Below are positions 35,103-50,638 of a DNA stretch of 64,000 nucleotides, in pieces; the stretch's first letter is position 1; each line of letters opens with the position of its first letter. Position numbers and translations under genes: made by a program. The stretch lies in contig CBDBZY010000064.1 in the NCBI GenBank assembly GCA_965213685.1, positions 384,001 through 448,000 of the forward strand, given 5' to 3'. Origin of the DNA: a bacterium (lineage in GTDB: Bacteria; UBA8248). The notes under the pieces are model-generated. The model saw only the letters and a list, made by a program, of their open reading frames with translations, was not told the origin of the DNA and ran no database searches.

Positions 35103-38100
35103 GAGATTTCATTCCATATTTACTGCATGGGCAATCATTATCCTGCTTGTCATATTGTCTGCTTAGGTATTACGCATCTTGGACTTTCTAAATATGAGTT
35201 ATTCACCACAAGAAGTGAGAGAGAGACTGCTGGAGGATGTCACAACATTTCAACGCAAGCCAACTGTGAACACTGATCTTTACACACCAGTACAGCGGAA
35301 TATGTCAGACAGGAAGTTCAGCACATCATAGATAAGCTAAAGCAAGAGAACAATGGAGACACATTAGGACTGGAGGAATACTTAGACTCTAGTTAGGTTC
35401 CTATTTTTGTTGTTCAGAATAATACATACATGTAAACATGTGGGCACATAGAGTGGAATTTTACCACAAGGGGTCTAATCATATGCATAATATGCATATG
35501 ATTAGACCCCTTGTGGTAAAATGTTCTATTTTCACTCCATGTGCAACAGTCCAACTTGACAGTCCAACTTGAGCAGCTCTCCTGCTCAAGTTGGACTGTC
35601 TGATGACACGGAGGAGGATAAGATGCATGATGGCACGCCAGATTCATAAGATGAGCTATCAAACATTCCCATATATGACATAGGCACCTGGTGATGAATA
35701 TATTAAGTTTGTTTGGTGAATCAGGTGAAGAAATGACAAACTTCTGTCCCGAGCATCAACGATCACTGGCAGCATATAAGGAAGAATAGGGAGACAAACT
35801 TTTGTCCCAAGTAATGACTTCTGCCTGATTCACCTGGTTCACTTACTGGAATCAAGAAAGACTAATAGTGGTAGTTTGGGAGGGTAGATAGCTTTGTTGC
35901 TTCCCTAGCGAGCCATGGTCCTGCAAAATTGTAGGTGGAGTGAGCTTGAACTTTCAACTTTTATCCACTGACCAATCAAAATGACCTACCCCTCTTGTAA
36001 AGCTGGCTACGGGCCTGTGATATGTACACAATCATGCAGCATGTACTGTGGACCTCTCCCCAAAAAAGGTACTCATGCACTGACACCATGCAACTGCAAG
36101 CCAGGCGGAAGCTTCTACAAAATTCCAAGAAAGTGTGGGTTGACCTTTGAAGTGATTATGTCATATATGCATGGTTGCCATAGTTACACATTTCGCTACT
36201 TGGAGGATGTTACTAGGGTTACCAAAGGTCCATGTACGCACTCCAGGACCTAATATTCGATAGATAGTTAGTGATAGTTGGTGACAGCTCACGTAGAGGC
36301 ACTATGGTGAGCTTTGACAACACAGCGGAAGGGTCCATTTATGGCGGCAGGGCACCCAAAACTATAAACTTTTCTGCCCACCGCCCGCATCACTTAAGAC
36401 AAAGTGGCGTTCGTATTGTTGAGTATGACCAATCCTGCTCCGCTGCTGCCGTGGCCATCTTTGAACTCGGCGATGATCATTTAATGTCTTCGCGACTTCT
36501 ATCGTCACGTTACCATTGCTACAAATATTGCTTTATAGAGCAATTTCAAACTTTGTCACCGAAAATAATAATAATACTGAATAATGGCCCGCCCGCTCGC
36601 ATGCACAAGTTAATTAGTTTTTCTATGTACGTATCCTCAATGATAGATCTGTGTGCCACCTGTGCAAGTGGAGGAAGACAGTCGCTCTTTCGTGCCGCAA
36701 GTTCTCTTGGCATTGAAACTGGAGGGCACAGTAAAGATCACCACTTCTGGAGCTCGGGGAGCGTGAGCACGCATGATAATATAGCCGTACCCGTGGTCTA
36801 GCGCATGATCGACGTACCACTCCGCGTAGCAAGCGCAGCTTGCGTGTGTTTCTGTCCTTTAGTTCTATTCTTTAACCACTCCGCGTAGCAAGCGTAGCTT
36901 GCGTGTGTTTCTGTCCTTTAGTTCTATTCTTAAACCAGGCGCTATACCCTTAGAGATTTTAGGAAAGGCAGAGCCCCCCCCCCACCCCCCCTCCCGATTT
37001 TAGGAGGGCAGCAGCATCCAAAGAGAGTTGTGAGGATGGGGCCTGACATGCCCATGCATGGTGTGACAAAAACGTTATAGTAAAATCATAAATGATCTGT
37101 GTTCTAAGCCCTTATCCAGTATCGCTCTTCTTAATAATTATTGACAGACACAAACAGATTTCATCTTCTCACTTTCAACAATGTACTCTGATCCTTGTCA
37201 CTGGGCTAAAGATGACAATTATAGTCCTATAATACTTTAGCCAAATGCTAAGGAGCACATGTACATAGCATGACTACTAATTACAATGATAAGACCCGTA
37301 GAGTATATAATTCAACTAATAGTGATAGGTGAGACTAAAACAAAAAAGCTAAAAGACAAATACAGAACAAAACAAGAGAAAGCAAAAACTTGTCATCTAT
37401 AAACAGCTACTGCTCTGTGCAGTGCTAGTGGCTCACTTCCCACACTGATCAGCTATGACCTCCAGACTCACAGTTATCCATAATATATACGTCTTGCTTG
37501 TACTAGCTATGATTGTACACTGAGGGCACAGGAAGGTAAGAGTGAGGGAGCAACATTTATACAAGGACACCACAGGGTACAATACAATACCCTGTCAACT
37601 GAAAATGCACTTATACACTATGGAATGAAGACTCTCACCCAGCAAAAGGATTTGTTGCTCTAACAGCGATGCAATTATGTGACATTCCTACACTATACAT
37701 ACACTACAAGTAATGCTTCTGTTTGCAATGAAGTATGTGGAAGTAGTAGCAATGCACATAACAATCATACCAGGTTTGAAAAGTGTATTCAAGGCAGGGA
37801 AAGCTGCCCACACTCTACGAAACACTGTTGTTCATCAATTGAAATATTCCTTAGTTGTCCCTGTACAAATATCTGCTGCACTATTGTTGTTGTACATTGT
37901 CATTATTGAGGGCCACAGGTAATGGCCGAAATGTTTAGCAAAAGTAAGTTCATTTCATGACTACCTAATGTATAATGTATAAGGAATAGCATTACAAGAA
38001 TTCATCATTAATAGCTCACTTTTTCTGAGCAACCTGTGAGAATACCACCTCATCAATACATCCTCTATTGTCAGGACTTGCTGTCGTTGAAGTTCCTTGT

Positions 38101-38180
38101 GACAGTTCATTGTGGTGTGACTGGTGGCGGAACAGCCAGTGCTCATGGTTTGCTATCTCATAATCACTGCCAAGTCAGTC

Positions 38181-40070
<1,890 letters not shown>

Positions 40071-40103
40071 ATTCCTGTTTATCAGTTTGTATTATACAAT
40101 ATA

Positions 40104-42288
40104 CACAGTCAAAAAGAATTGAACACCCAGCAGAAATCGTTTTGATGCACAGATTCTAGTGCTCAGTCTGTACCTCTTGCACTCTGTGCAGGTAGTTGTT
40201 TGTGCATAGGAGTACTCACTTCCTCTACAACACCTAGACGTCATATGGCTTCATTGCCTGTAGTTAGGAGGTGGAGCTATTGAGTGTTCTCACCCACACA
40301 CATTAGCGCGTATTGGTTCACGATGTAGATTCTGCAGAAAAGGTGCACTAAAATCTCAGACAAGTAGCAAGACTTTGAATGTATCTTCTGGAGATAGCAA
40401 GCATCATATTTCTATCAATATTCTATTAAAAATTGCCTGTTATTTGGTAGATAAGTGGCAGTTAGAGAAAAACGTTAAAAATATCGGCTGTTGAGTAGGA
40501 GCAGTCTATCACGAGCTCCAAACAAAGCAGAAAAGGGGTTCAATGAATGAAACACTCATACGCTGTAGAAAACAGGCCATTACAGAACTGAACATCGAGT
40601 TATCAACATGTAGTGTGCGGGCCAACAAGATGGAAACGCTACCGTGGTTGCGAACGAGCGTAACAGAGCGCCATGAAACATCGATCTCTGTAACCTCAGT
40701 CAAGTGATGGTTCAGGGAAATAGGCCTGAAGGTGTACAGAGCCCTATGAAAGCCAAAGCATGAGCGACAGCATCGATAGAAACGAACAGAATCGCTTTGA
40801 AGTCTCGCTACTGGGCAGCGTTCATCCGAAGCGAAGTTGCTTCAGTGATAAAGCATGATTCCAGCCATTCAGGGACAATGCTAGTCCTTTTGCACACCAC
40901 AGAGCTAGAGAGGCATACAGGTACGACTGTATTCTGCACACACTGAAACACAGCAGCAGCAATGTGTGGTGGGAAGGGCTGTAAAATCAAGATGGATGTG
41001 GGCGAGCTCAAGCAAATTTGCGTCATCTTTGTGTAAAGTCCATGTCCATAGGTGCCAACTGTCCCGGAACGTCCGGGATAGTCACGGAATTGTTGGTCAT
41101 GTCCCTCGTCCCGCACGGATCGCTGCTTTGTCCCGGATTCTGGCGTTTACTGTTAGTCTAGGGAGGAGACTAGGCGCAAGTCTTGGAACGACAGAGACCA
41201 CGTGTGAGAGTCAAAGTACATGTGATAGCGTCATACGTGATAGCGTCAACTGCGAGCGAGTATCCTCTCCCTAACGTAAAATATGACCTAAAAATGAGTG
41301 TCATTGTGATTTGTCATAGATCAGACTTTCATGCAATTCGCAGGAGCTCTAAAGGTAACACATTCGCGCGATGCGTGCTTTGCTCGTCGGACTTTAGTGT
41401 GATTCTGTCATCATGGATGACTTGTCTCGCATAATGATTTGCTTTAGCGAATTGTTGTACAAATATTTTGAACTACCGTGCTGATTAATGGGGGTCCTAC
41501 CATAAGTGCTATAATTATGTATATCACTTGCAATAAGAGGTGGGGGTGAAGGGACCAAAACAAAATGTCCCTGAAGTTAGTTTTCAAAAGTTGGCACCTA
41601 TGCATGTCACTTTTCTGAGGAGGGCTTTTCCGGCTACCACGCAGTCTCTGGGCCTGGACACGGACTACATCTTTCACCAGAGTGATACCATTAGCCACTT
41701 AGTCAAGTACACAGTGAGCTGAATGGTCCAGAATGGACAGAACCTTCTAAATTAGTTTGCACTGAGCCATAATCCAAACCTGGTAGAGCATCTTTGGGAT
41801 AATCTAGGGCACTTCCAAGGCAGTGTGACTTCCTTGGACGAGAATAAACTGCAAATCAATCACACTACAGAAAGACAGCTTTCACGGTCACAATTTTTCA
41901 CGCTGGTGGAAGATTATGCATAGTAGCAATTAAAGCATAGGGGTACAGCCAGAGATATACATTCTCTCACAATCCTTGATTTGAATGTGTGGGTTATTAT
42001 TATGACAAGACATATTTCGAGTCCTACTACTTGTTTGAGAGGAATCTTTTATTGCAGTACTGCAGAGCAACAGGATAGCGCACTAATGTGTGTGGGTGAG
42101 GACCCTCAATAGCTCCACCTCCTAACTACGGACAGTGAAGCCATATGACGTCTAAGTGTTGTAGAGGAAGTGAGTACTCATATGCACAAACAACTACCTG
42201 CACAGAGTGCAAGAGGTAGAGACTGAGCACTAGAATCTGTGCATCAAACTATTTCTTCTGGGTGTTCAATTCTTTTTGACTGGTAGTG
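40104..42288. mobile_element. Tc1/mariner-type non-autonomous element with ~210-bp TIRs and TA TSD
   Basis: CAGTCAAAAAGAATTGAACACCCAG..CACACACATTAG versus the reverse complement at 42078-42288. Inserted in the TATACATGTAAACAT site that is uninterrupted after copies 1 and 2. Confidence 0.85.
41047..41602 (+). mobile_element. hAT-like deletion derivative nested in the Tc1-type element
   Basis: 14-bp TIR CATAGGTGCCAACT/AGTTGGCACCTATG, flanking CATGTC direct repeat, GTCCC subterminal repeats and a BED-finger-like remnant SSKGNTFARCVLCSSDFSV. Confidence 0.75.
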
Positions 42289-42764
42289 TATACATGTAAA
42301 CATGTGGTCACATAGAGTGGAAATAGAACATTTTACCACAAGGGGTTAAAACCTACTGATTAGCATATATATAGTCAGCACCATCAGCAGGAGAGCTGTT
42401 CTAGTCTGATGAGCATGATGGATGAGCTATCGTACACTCACCACCTTCCATTGCAAGAAGTACTGGGGATATCAATGATGCAGACCCATAGCTGGGGGGG
42501 ACCAAAGGGGTCAGCTTTCATGTGTAAAGGAGATAAAGAGTTCCAAAGCCGAGGCATTCTAGAAATGTTGCAAAGAATTTGTTCTAGACAGAGAATGTTT
42601 CAGTTTAAAATAGGTAGAGGAACGTGTGGAATTAGAACTGAAAGTGACATGGGCTGAAATGTTGAAGGTGTTGGTAGGCTCTTAAGGCACTGAACAAAAA
42701 ACATGTGCATCATTAGTGGCAACATTTGTAGGGCCACTATCCGAGATTTATAATCTGATGATAG

Positions 42765-42985
42765 CACTGTAAAAAATACAGTGTGCCTAGCACACCGTAT
42801 ACAGTGTGCTCACCATGTCTCCATACACACACCACATTTGGTGTGCTGGGCACACTTTCCTGAAGCACACCAATTTGGGTGTGCATAGCACACCAATTCT
42901 GCTATGTATAGCACACCAGAATGGGTGTGCTGGGCACACTTTTTGAGGTGTGCTAGCACACTTAATTTGGTGTGCTTACACATCA
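42765..42985. mobile_element. CACTA/EnSpm-like element end with subterminal repeats
   Basis: CACTGTAAAAAA followed by many alternating GCACAC(C)/GGTGTGC motifs. The other end was not found. Confidence 0.5.
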
Positions 42986-43055
42986 GTCATTATTGTTACC
43001 TTCTTTAACCTAACTAAAAATTATTAAAAAGAGAATGCAAATTGCAGAACTAAGT

Positions 43056-43312
43056 TGAAAACACTCTTAGTTGGCTAGGATAACTCATAGTTCTAGGTAC
43101 TCAACAAACACTAGCCGCAAATTTGCTGTTCAAAAACAACTCTTTATTCCAAACGTTTCGGTCACTGATCTGTGACCTTCTTCAGTGGCAAGTACACAAA
43201 CAAAGGCAATGCAGTGGCTCTTTATACACTAGGGAAGCAAAACGTTTGGCATAAAGAGTTGTTTTTGAACAGCAAATTTGCGGCTAGTGTTTGTTGAGTA
43301 CCTAGAACTATG
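43056..43312 (-). mobile_element. Penelope-like element terminal fragment with inverted duplication
   Basis: ~72-bp inverted repeat (43086-43158 / 43239-43312), flanking direct repeat TGCAGAACTAAGT (43043-43055 / 43311-43323) and an internal minimal hammerhead. Confidence 0.75.
43147..43191 (-). ncRNA. Minimal type I hammerhead ribozyme (Penelope type)
   Basis: Minus strand TTGCCA CTGAAGA A GGTCAC AGATCA GTGACC GAAAC GTT TGGA, with palindromic AACGTT in place of stem III. Confidence 0.75.
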
Positions 43313-44339
43313 CAGAACTAAGTACTTCACAAACAAGCTAACAATGTCTTCTTGCTGTCTTCACTGCACTGTGTGATAGTTATGGTGTCTTCAGCCACAG
43401 CATGCAGATGCTTACACATTTCTGAAAGAAAAGTCGGTGTTATGTATTTTTAAATCCACCTAGGTAAAAAGTAATGTTAAATTATGCATATTGCTACTAC
43501 TTAGTACTTACAGATTAGAAGTGTGCAAGGGTCACCTTTGCTTGATTCTGAGCTGTGGAAGGGTTAGAGTGTATAACTTGAGGGAGTTACATGCCCAAGT
43601 ACAATGCATAAAAGGGAAACCACAGTCACTGCACATTGCTAGATAATTATATCGCCCACCATCAAGATTTTAGGGCAGATATCTTTTCCAGGCTGGCCCG
43701 CTAGTTTTAAAGAACGCTTTTGTTTGTACATAAACAATTAGTGTGTCATTGCCATTCCTACACGAACTGTTTACCGACTCTGAAACAACAGTGAAGTAAG
43801 ATACTGCTGAAACCATAGTCTTAGCATAGATAAACGAGCGGAGCACAGGCCACTCCGATAGTCTCGACCGTAGTTAAAGTTCGTGGGAGAAATGACTAGG
43901 GCGTGGCCTCGTGCGCGGCGCGCGCACGGGGCCAACCCTCACGTGCTTGCAATTTGTGTCACGTGACAATTATTAGAAAATGGCTTCCAAGTATGGGCAT
44001 GTTGTCCAGCGCTTCTACTTTCTGCTTATTGGCTATTAATAAGGCAGATAATACGCGGTAGTGATTACAGTTGGTCTGTAAAGATGCGTAATTTTGACTG
44101 ACTTTTCGTCGCGTGAGTTGCTTCTCTCAGGCTTAGCCTGAATATCCTGTAAAACCAGACTTAGCAGAAATCTGCCATCAAGCGCAGAAGTAGCACCACT
44201 GTGTAACAGCTAGCAATTGCGTACATCTCGTACGCTTGATGGGTGCACATCTTTTCGTTCACACTCAGCCGATCTGTGTGAAGCAATTGCTTCCTTATAG
44301 CCAAAAGAATTTGCACAACCAATGTAGACCCCAAGGGTC

Positions 44340-45890
44340 TAGAGGTGGCTTGTACTAGACAAATGTCCTGGTGTCAGACTGATTGGAATTGGGGAAACGT
44401 ATGTTGAGAGCAATATCAAATATGATATCCAAGATGCAGTAGGACCATGCACTCCAGCTCTGTGCAAGTGATGAAAGTGGCTGTGAAGTTGCTGTACACA
44501 CTATGCAACATCTTTTCAGCCTTAAATTCCACATGTTCACAGGGTAATCCAGGTCAATGCCTCTAATGCCTTCAACTCCTTGAACCATCAAACAGCACTT
44601 AGAAACATTCTTCATCTCTGTCCTGCAAATTGCAAAAGTTCTCATCAATAGATACCGATCTGATGTCAACCTTTTCATTGATGGAGAGACCATTTTGTCA
44701 CAAGAGGGTACAATGCAAGGTGACCCCCTGGCCACTGCTATGTATACCATCAGTACCATACCCTTGATCAGGGGCATAGGAGCCAGTACGGCTACTCCGG
44801 CTTTGGCTGTAGTAGATTTTGGCCCCACGTACTTAGTTGGTTTGCTTCGAGCTACTTACTCTCGTGCTACGTCACTACGCGCCTAGTCCTTGTCGCTATA
44901 GTCCTTGTCACTGAGCGAAGATCAGGTGCCGGGTGAAGTTACAGCACCTCTTGTTAAGTTAGTCATTGGTCAGTCAGTGGCCTTCCCTCTTGCAGCTTGA
45001 GATCTAATTCAGGCCAAAAGAATTGCACAACCAGCTAAACAACTGTGTCCAAAGCAGATGATTACTTGCAAACCTTCCAAATTCACTTCAGAAATCAGTT
45101 GAGATTTTGAGAGAGAGTGGGGCTTCCACATGGCTCACTGCCTTGCCACTTTCTGAGCATGGGTATGCCCTTCACAAGGGAGCCTTTCGTGATGCCTTAT
45201 GCCTCTGTTATGGCTGGCATCCACCACTCCTACTGTCCAAGTGTGTGTGTGACAAAACCTTCAGTGTGGAACACTGAGCTGTCCCTATGGTGGTTTTCCA
45301 ACAATTCGGCATTACAAAGTAAGGGATATCACAGCTCACCTCTTGAGTGATGTTTGCCAAGGTGTGGGGATTGAACCACTCCTATAAATCTATCACAAGT
45401 GAGCAGATTTCTCACCGAACTGCCAACATCGAGGATGGAGCACGTCTTGATATCAAGGCACAGGGCTTCTGGGAGAACAATAGACGGTGTGCATATTTTG
45501 ATGTTTGGGTGTTTAACCCCCTCCGGCACACACTTATCACTGTCTCCCATTACCTACCTGCTACAGAAGACATGAACAGGAGCTTATGATCAAAGGATTA
45601 GAGAAGTTGAACATGAATGCTTTTCTACCCTTGTTTCTCGACATCTGGGGGAATGGGTCCAACAGCCAAAGTAGTGTACAAGAAGTTGGCCTCCATGAGA
45701 GCCTCAAAACACAATCAGCCCTACAGCCAAACAATCAACTGGTTTTGCTGCAGATTCAGCTTTTCACTCCTTCGGTCATGCAAAATGTGTTTGAGGGGAT
45801 CTTGCTCATCAGTCAACCACCCTTCTCACCCTCAGATTCTTGAAGCCGCCATTGACCGTGCCCTCTGCAACAGCAGAGTGACTATTTATG
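44340..45890 (+). mobile_element. Degraded CRE-clade-like non-LTR retrotransposon (RT + restriction-like endonuclease), internally deleted
   Basis: GCEVAVH, NAFNSLN, SQEGTMQGDPLATAMY, then SWLTALP..HKGAFRDALCL, CPYGGFPTIRH, GARLDIKAQGFW..AYFDVWVFNP, STSGGMG..FSLLRS..CLRGS. Confidence 0.85.
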
Positions 45891-46236
45891 TTTCATCCAT
45901 TTTCTTTAATTGTATCTATTTTTGTTCTTTGGTTTTGTTTTTGAAATGTCATTCTATTGTATTGCTTGTACTACCTCACTTGTAGTATTACATGACATTG
46001 AGCGTACATTCCGGCGTATACTCTTCGGTAGCTTGGTAATCTAGCGAGTGCGCATTGTACTTATCGTCTTGACAATAAAGATCTCACAGCCTTTGTATAC
46101 ATAGTAGCTCCTCACCAAACGCACGCATTTATCTCGTGCCCGTGAGCTAGCCGTTCAGCTCTCTGAGACTCAGATTATTATTAGGGGGGCCATTATTAGA
46201 ATTATATGGGGTTAAAGTTCCTTGTGACAGTTCCGG

Positions 46237-46821
46237 TGTCACAGGATAATCTGTCGCCCGGAAATTCTGTCGCTGCGACAGTATTTCCTAGGAAATTTGG
46301 TCGCACGCTAAAACAGAGCGACAGAATTTCCTAGGGAAAATTGTCGCACCTTAGGAAATTCTGTCGCCTCGAAGTGCATTCATAGAGAACGTGTCGACGT
46401 GTCGAATATGGACCAGGTGGTGTACGACGTTCTTCAGAGCTGTCTAGTGACCTCTACGTTCCCAAACGATTACACTAAGAACCAGAAAGCTCACTCACTA
46501 TGCTCACTTCCACTGTACAAGGCACCAACGCCACACATAATTGATCACATAACTACAACGTAGCTCGGGTCTAATACCTCTACAACGTACGAAGAGGGGC
46601 TTGGTAGTTACTGAACTCCATTGTAACAGGCGTCGTTTGTTACCCGGACTCAGCCATAGCCGTCACAAAAAACGTGTCTTACATGACTGTAGCGACATAA
46701 TTTCCTAGCCGCGACAATTTTCCCTAGGAAATTCTGTCGCTCTATTTTAGCTTGCGACCAAATTTCCTAGGAAATACTGTCGCCGCGACAGAATTTCCGG
46801 GCGACAATATTTCCTGTGACA
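46237..46821 (+). mobile_element. Ginger1-type non-autonomous DNA transposon 72 bp upstream of the copy 4 ATG
   Basis: CCGG|TGTCACAGGA ... TCCTGTGACA|CCGG. ~130-bp TIRs made of TGTCGC/GCGACA repeats. Internal MDQVVYDVLQSCLVTSTFPNDYTKNQK resembles Ginger/GIN1 N-termini. Confidence 0.85.
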
Positions 46822-46893
46822 CCGGCCTTGTTGGTGCGCCTGGCAGTGGCATTCCAGCCAGTGCTCATCTCGTAATCACCATCCAAATCAGTC

Positions 46894-48662
<1,769 letters not shown>

Positions 48663-48871
48663 GTTCCTGTTTTAGTTGTTCATATACATGTGTACATGTG
48701 GGCACATAGAGTGAAAATACAACATTTTACCACAAAGTGTCAAAATACTAAAATAATTGGTCGAGCGGGAGCGAACCCGTTCCACTGGCCAGAAGTATGA
48801 AAAGCATTTTCCAAAAATGTAGGAGGATGTAGGGATGGCAGTGCAAAAAACCACAGAAACTATATATACAT

Positions 48872-49392
48872 ATTGCATAAAAAGGAATGGAGACAAGACC
48901 TGGATGTAGAGTATATGCTATTATTGTAACTAGTTGTCATGGGAATGATGATGAAGCGTGGAGTACCTCATGCCTGATTATGCAACACAAGCCCTATATA
49001 GTTGAGCTGAGTTTCATGGACACACAGAAATCACATGACTCGATCAATGAAGGGTCATCACTGACCACGGAGGGATCACCCCAGACCAATGTAGTACATG
49101 TACCAATGTCACATTTAGGAAAGAATTTAAGTATGATTTCAAACTATAATTATACTCCCTATCCCTGTCATTTGTCTTGTAGCTTTGCACTCCTACACCA
49201 ACTTGCATACTTTTGTGTAGTGATAGTAGCTTTTCGGAAGGGACACGTTGGTGGCTGCTCAACAATATAGGGCTTGTGTTGCATAATCAGGCATGAGGTA
49301 CTTCATGCTTCATCATCGTTCCCATGACAACTAGTTACAATAATTGCATATACTCTACATCCAGGTCTTGTCTCCATTCCTTTTTATGCAAT
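48872..49392. mobile_element. MITE with ~125-bp near-perfect TIRs
   Basis: ATTGCATAAAAAGGAATGGAGACAAGACCTGG..AAGCCCTATAT versus the reverse complement at 49265-49392. Confidence 0.85.
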
Positions 49393-49918
49393 CCCTATAT
49401 TCCCTTCGAAATTTCAATTTTTTTAATTTACTTGTCTCCTCTCCCTTTTTTGCTGCTTTCAGCAAGAGTGTTGAAATAATACAATGAAAGCCACATTAGC
49501 ACACAGTTACATGTAGCTATCAGTAACCTAATTCTGCATGGATTTTAACATGGTGCACTGTGATATGCACATGATGCAGAGTACATGTATATGTAACAGT
49601 GCAGTGTGCATATAGATGTCTCTGGTTCGTTTCAGCCTGTGTTGAGCACGCCTTCTTAGCCTCCGAGTCCACCAAACACAGACTTGATAGTAACTTCAAC
49701 ACATATCACAGTCGCACGCAGGTCAGAAATTTGGCAGCTGCGTAACCAAGGCATAAAAAGAACCCCTGGGTCCATGTGTTGCTAAGGCCCAGCCCATGGC
49801 GGCCCCACAAGGCCTCCAAACGGCTTGAAAATGTAGCCTAGGATATATACATGTACGTACAGTATGGGACGGTACCGCACTAGTCTCTGCTCTAGTCCGT
49901 TTTCAATGGTCTCTCACG

Positions 49919-50638
49919 TGTCACCGAGATTTTGGTCCGCCAGGGATTTTGGTCCGGGGGACCAAAATCCCTGGGCATATTGGTCCGGGGGACCATTTAC
50001 TCCAAAATTGTGCGTTAGATAAAACGGTCCGCATTGGGGATAACGGTCCGGTACATATCCTCAGTTGGTTTTCTGGGAGTAAGTCAAGGGATGCACTTTA
50101 GGTATTTGGGAGGTATCGTTAGGTTGAGAAACGCTGCCACAGGATAGCTAGGTGCCCAGAAAGGCTTAGAACGAACGCGAAACGTCGCGAGTTTGATGTA
50201 CGCGCACTATGAGTGTGTCGGCGCCATCCCTGCATAGAGAGCATTCTGACTCTGTGGTAGTGCCTTTAGGATCCAAGCTGATGCAGGTGATGCGCTTTAG
50301 TTCGAGACTGCTTAGCGCGGGGCTGCTATCCCGGAGAGCTCAATTTGATTGGTTGCAGGCCGAGTTGCAGTCGCTAGTCTCGAAGTCCCAGATAGAGCAC
50401 ATTACCGCCTCTCTGCCATCTATGGGAGTGTAGCTGTCGGAAAAGTGTTCTTAGTAAGTCGTCATGGAGAGCTTTAGCCTAGATACCAGCTGTGCCGAGA
50501 CGGACTTTGTGGAACGGACCTGAAGTCGGACCAATATCACTTGTGATTATGGTCCGGCGGACCAAAATCCCCGCGGAACAATATCGGAGATTTTGGTCCG
50601 CCCGGACCGAAATTGCCCGGACCAAAATTCTGGTGACA
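49919..50638. mobile_element. Ginger-like TGT...ACA element with GGTCC/GGACC subterminal repeats, carrying a piece of the foldback arm
   Basis: TGTCACCGAGATTTTGGTCCG ... CGGACCAAAATTCTGGTGACA. 50068-50253 matches 32610-32805. No clear TSD. Confidence 0.65.
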
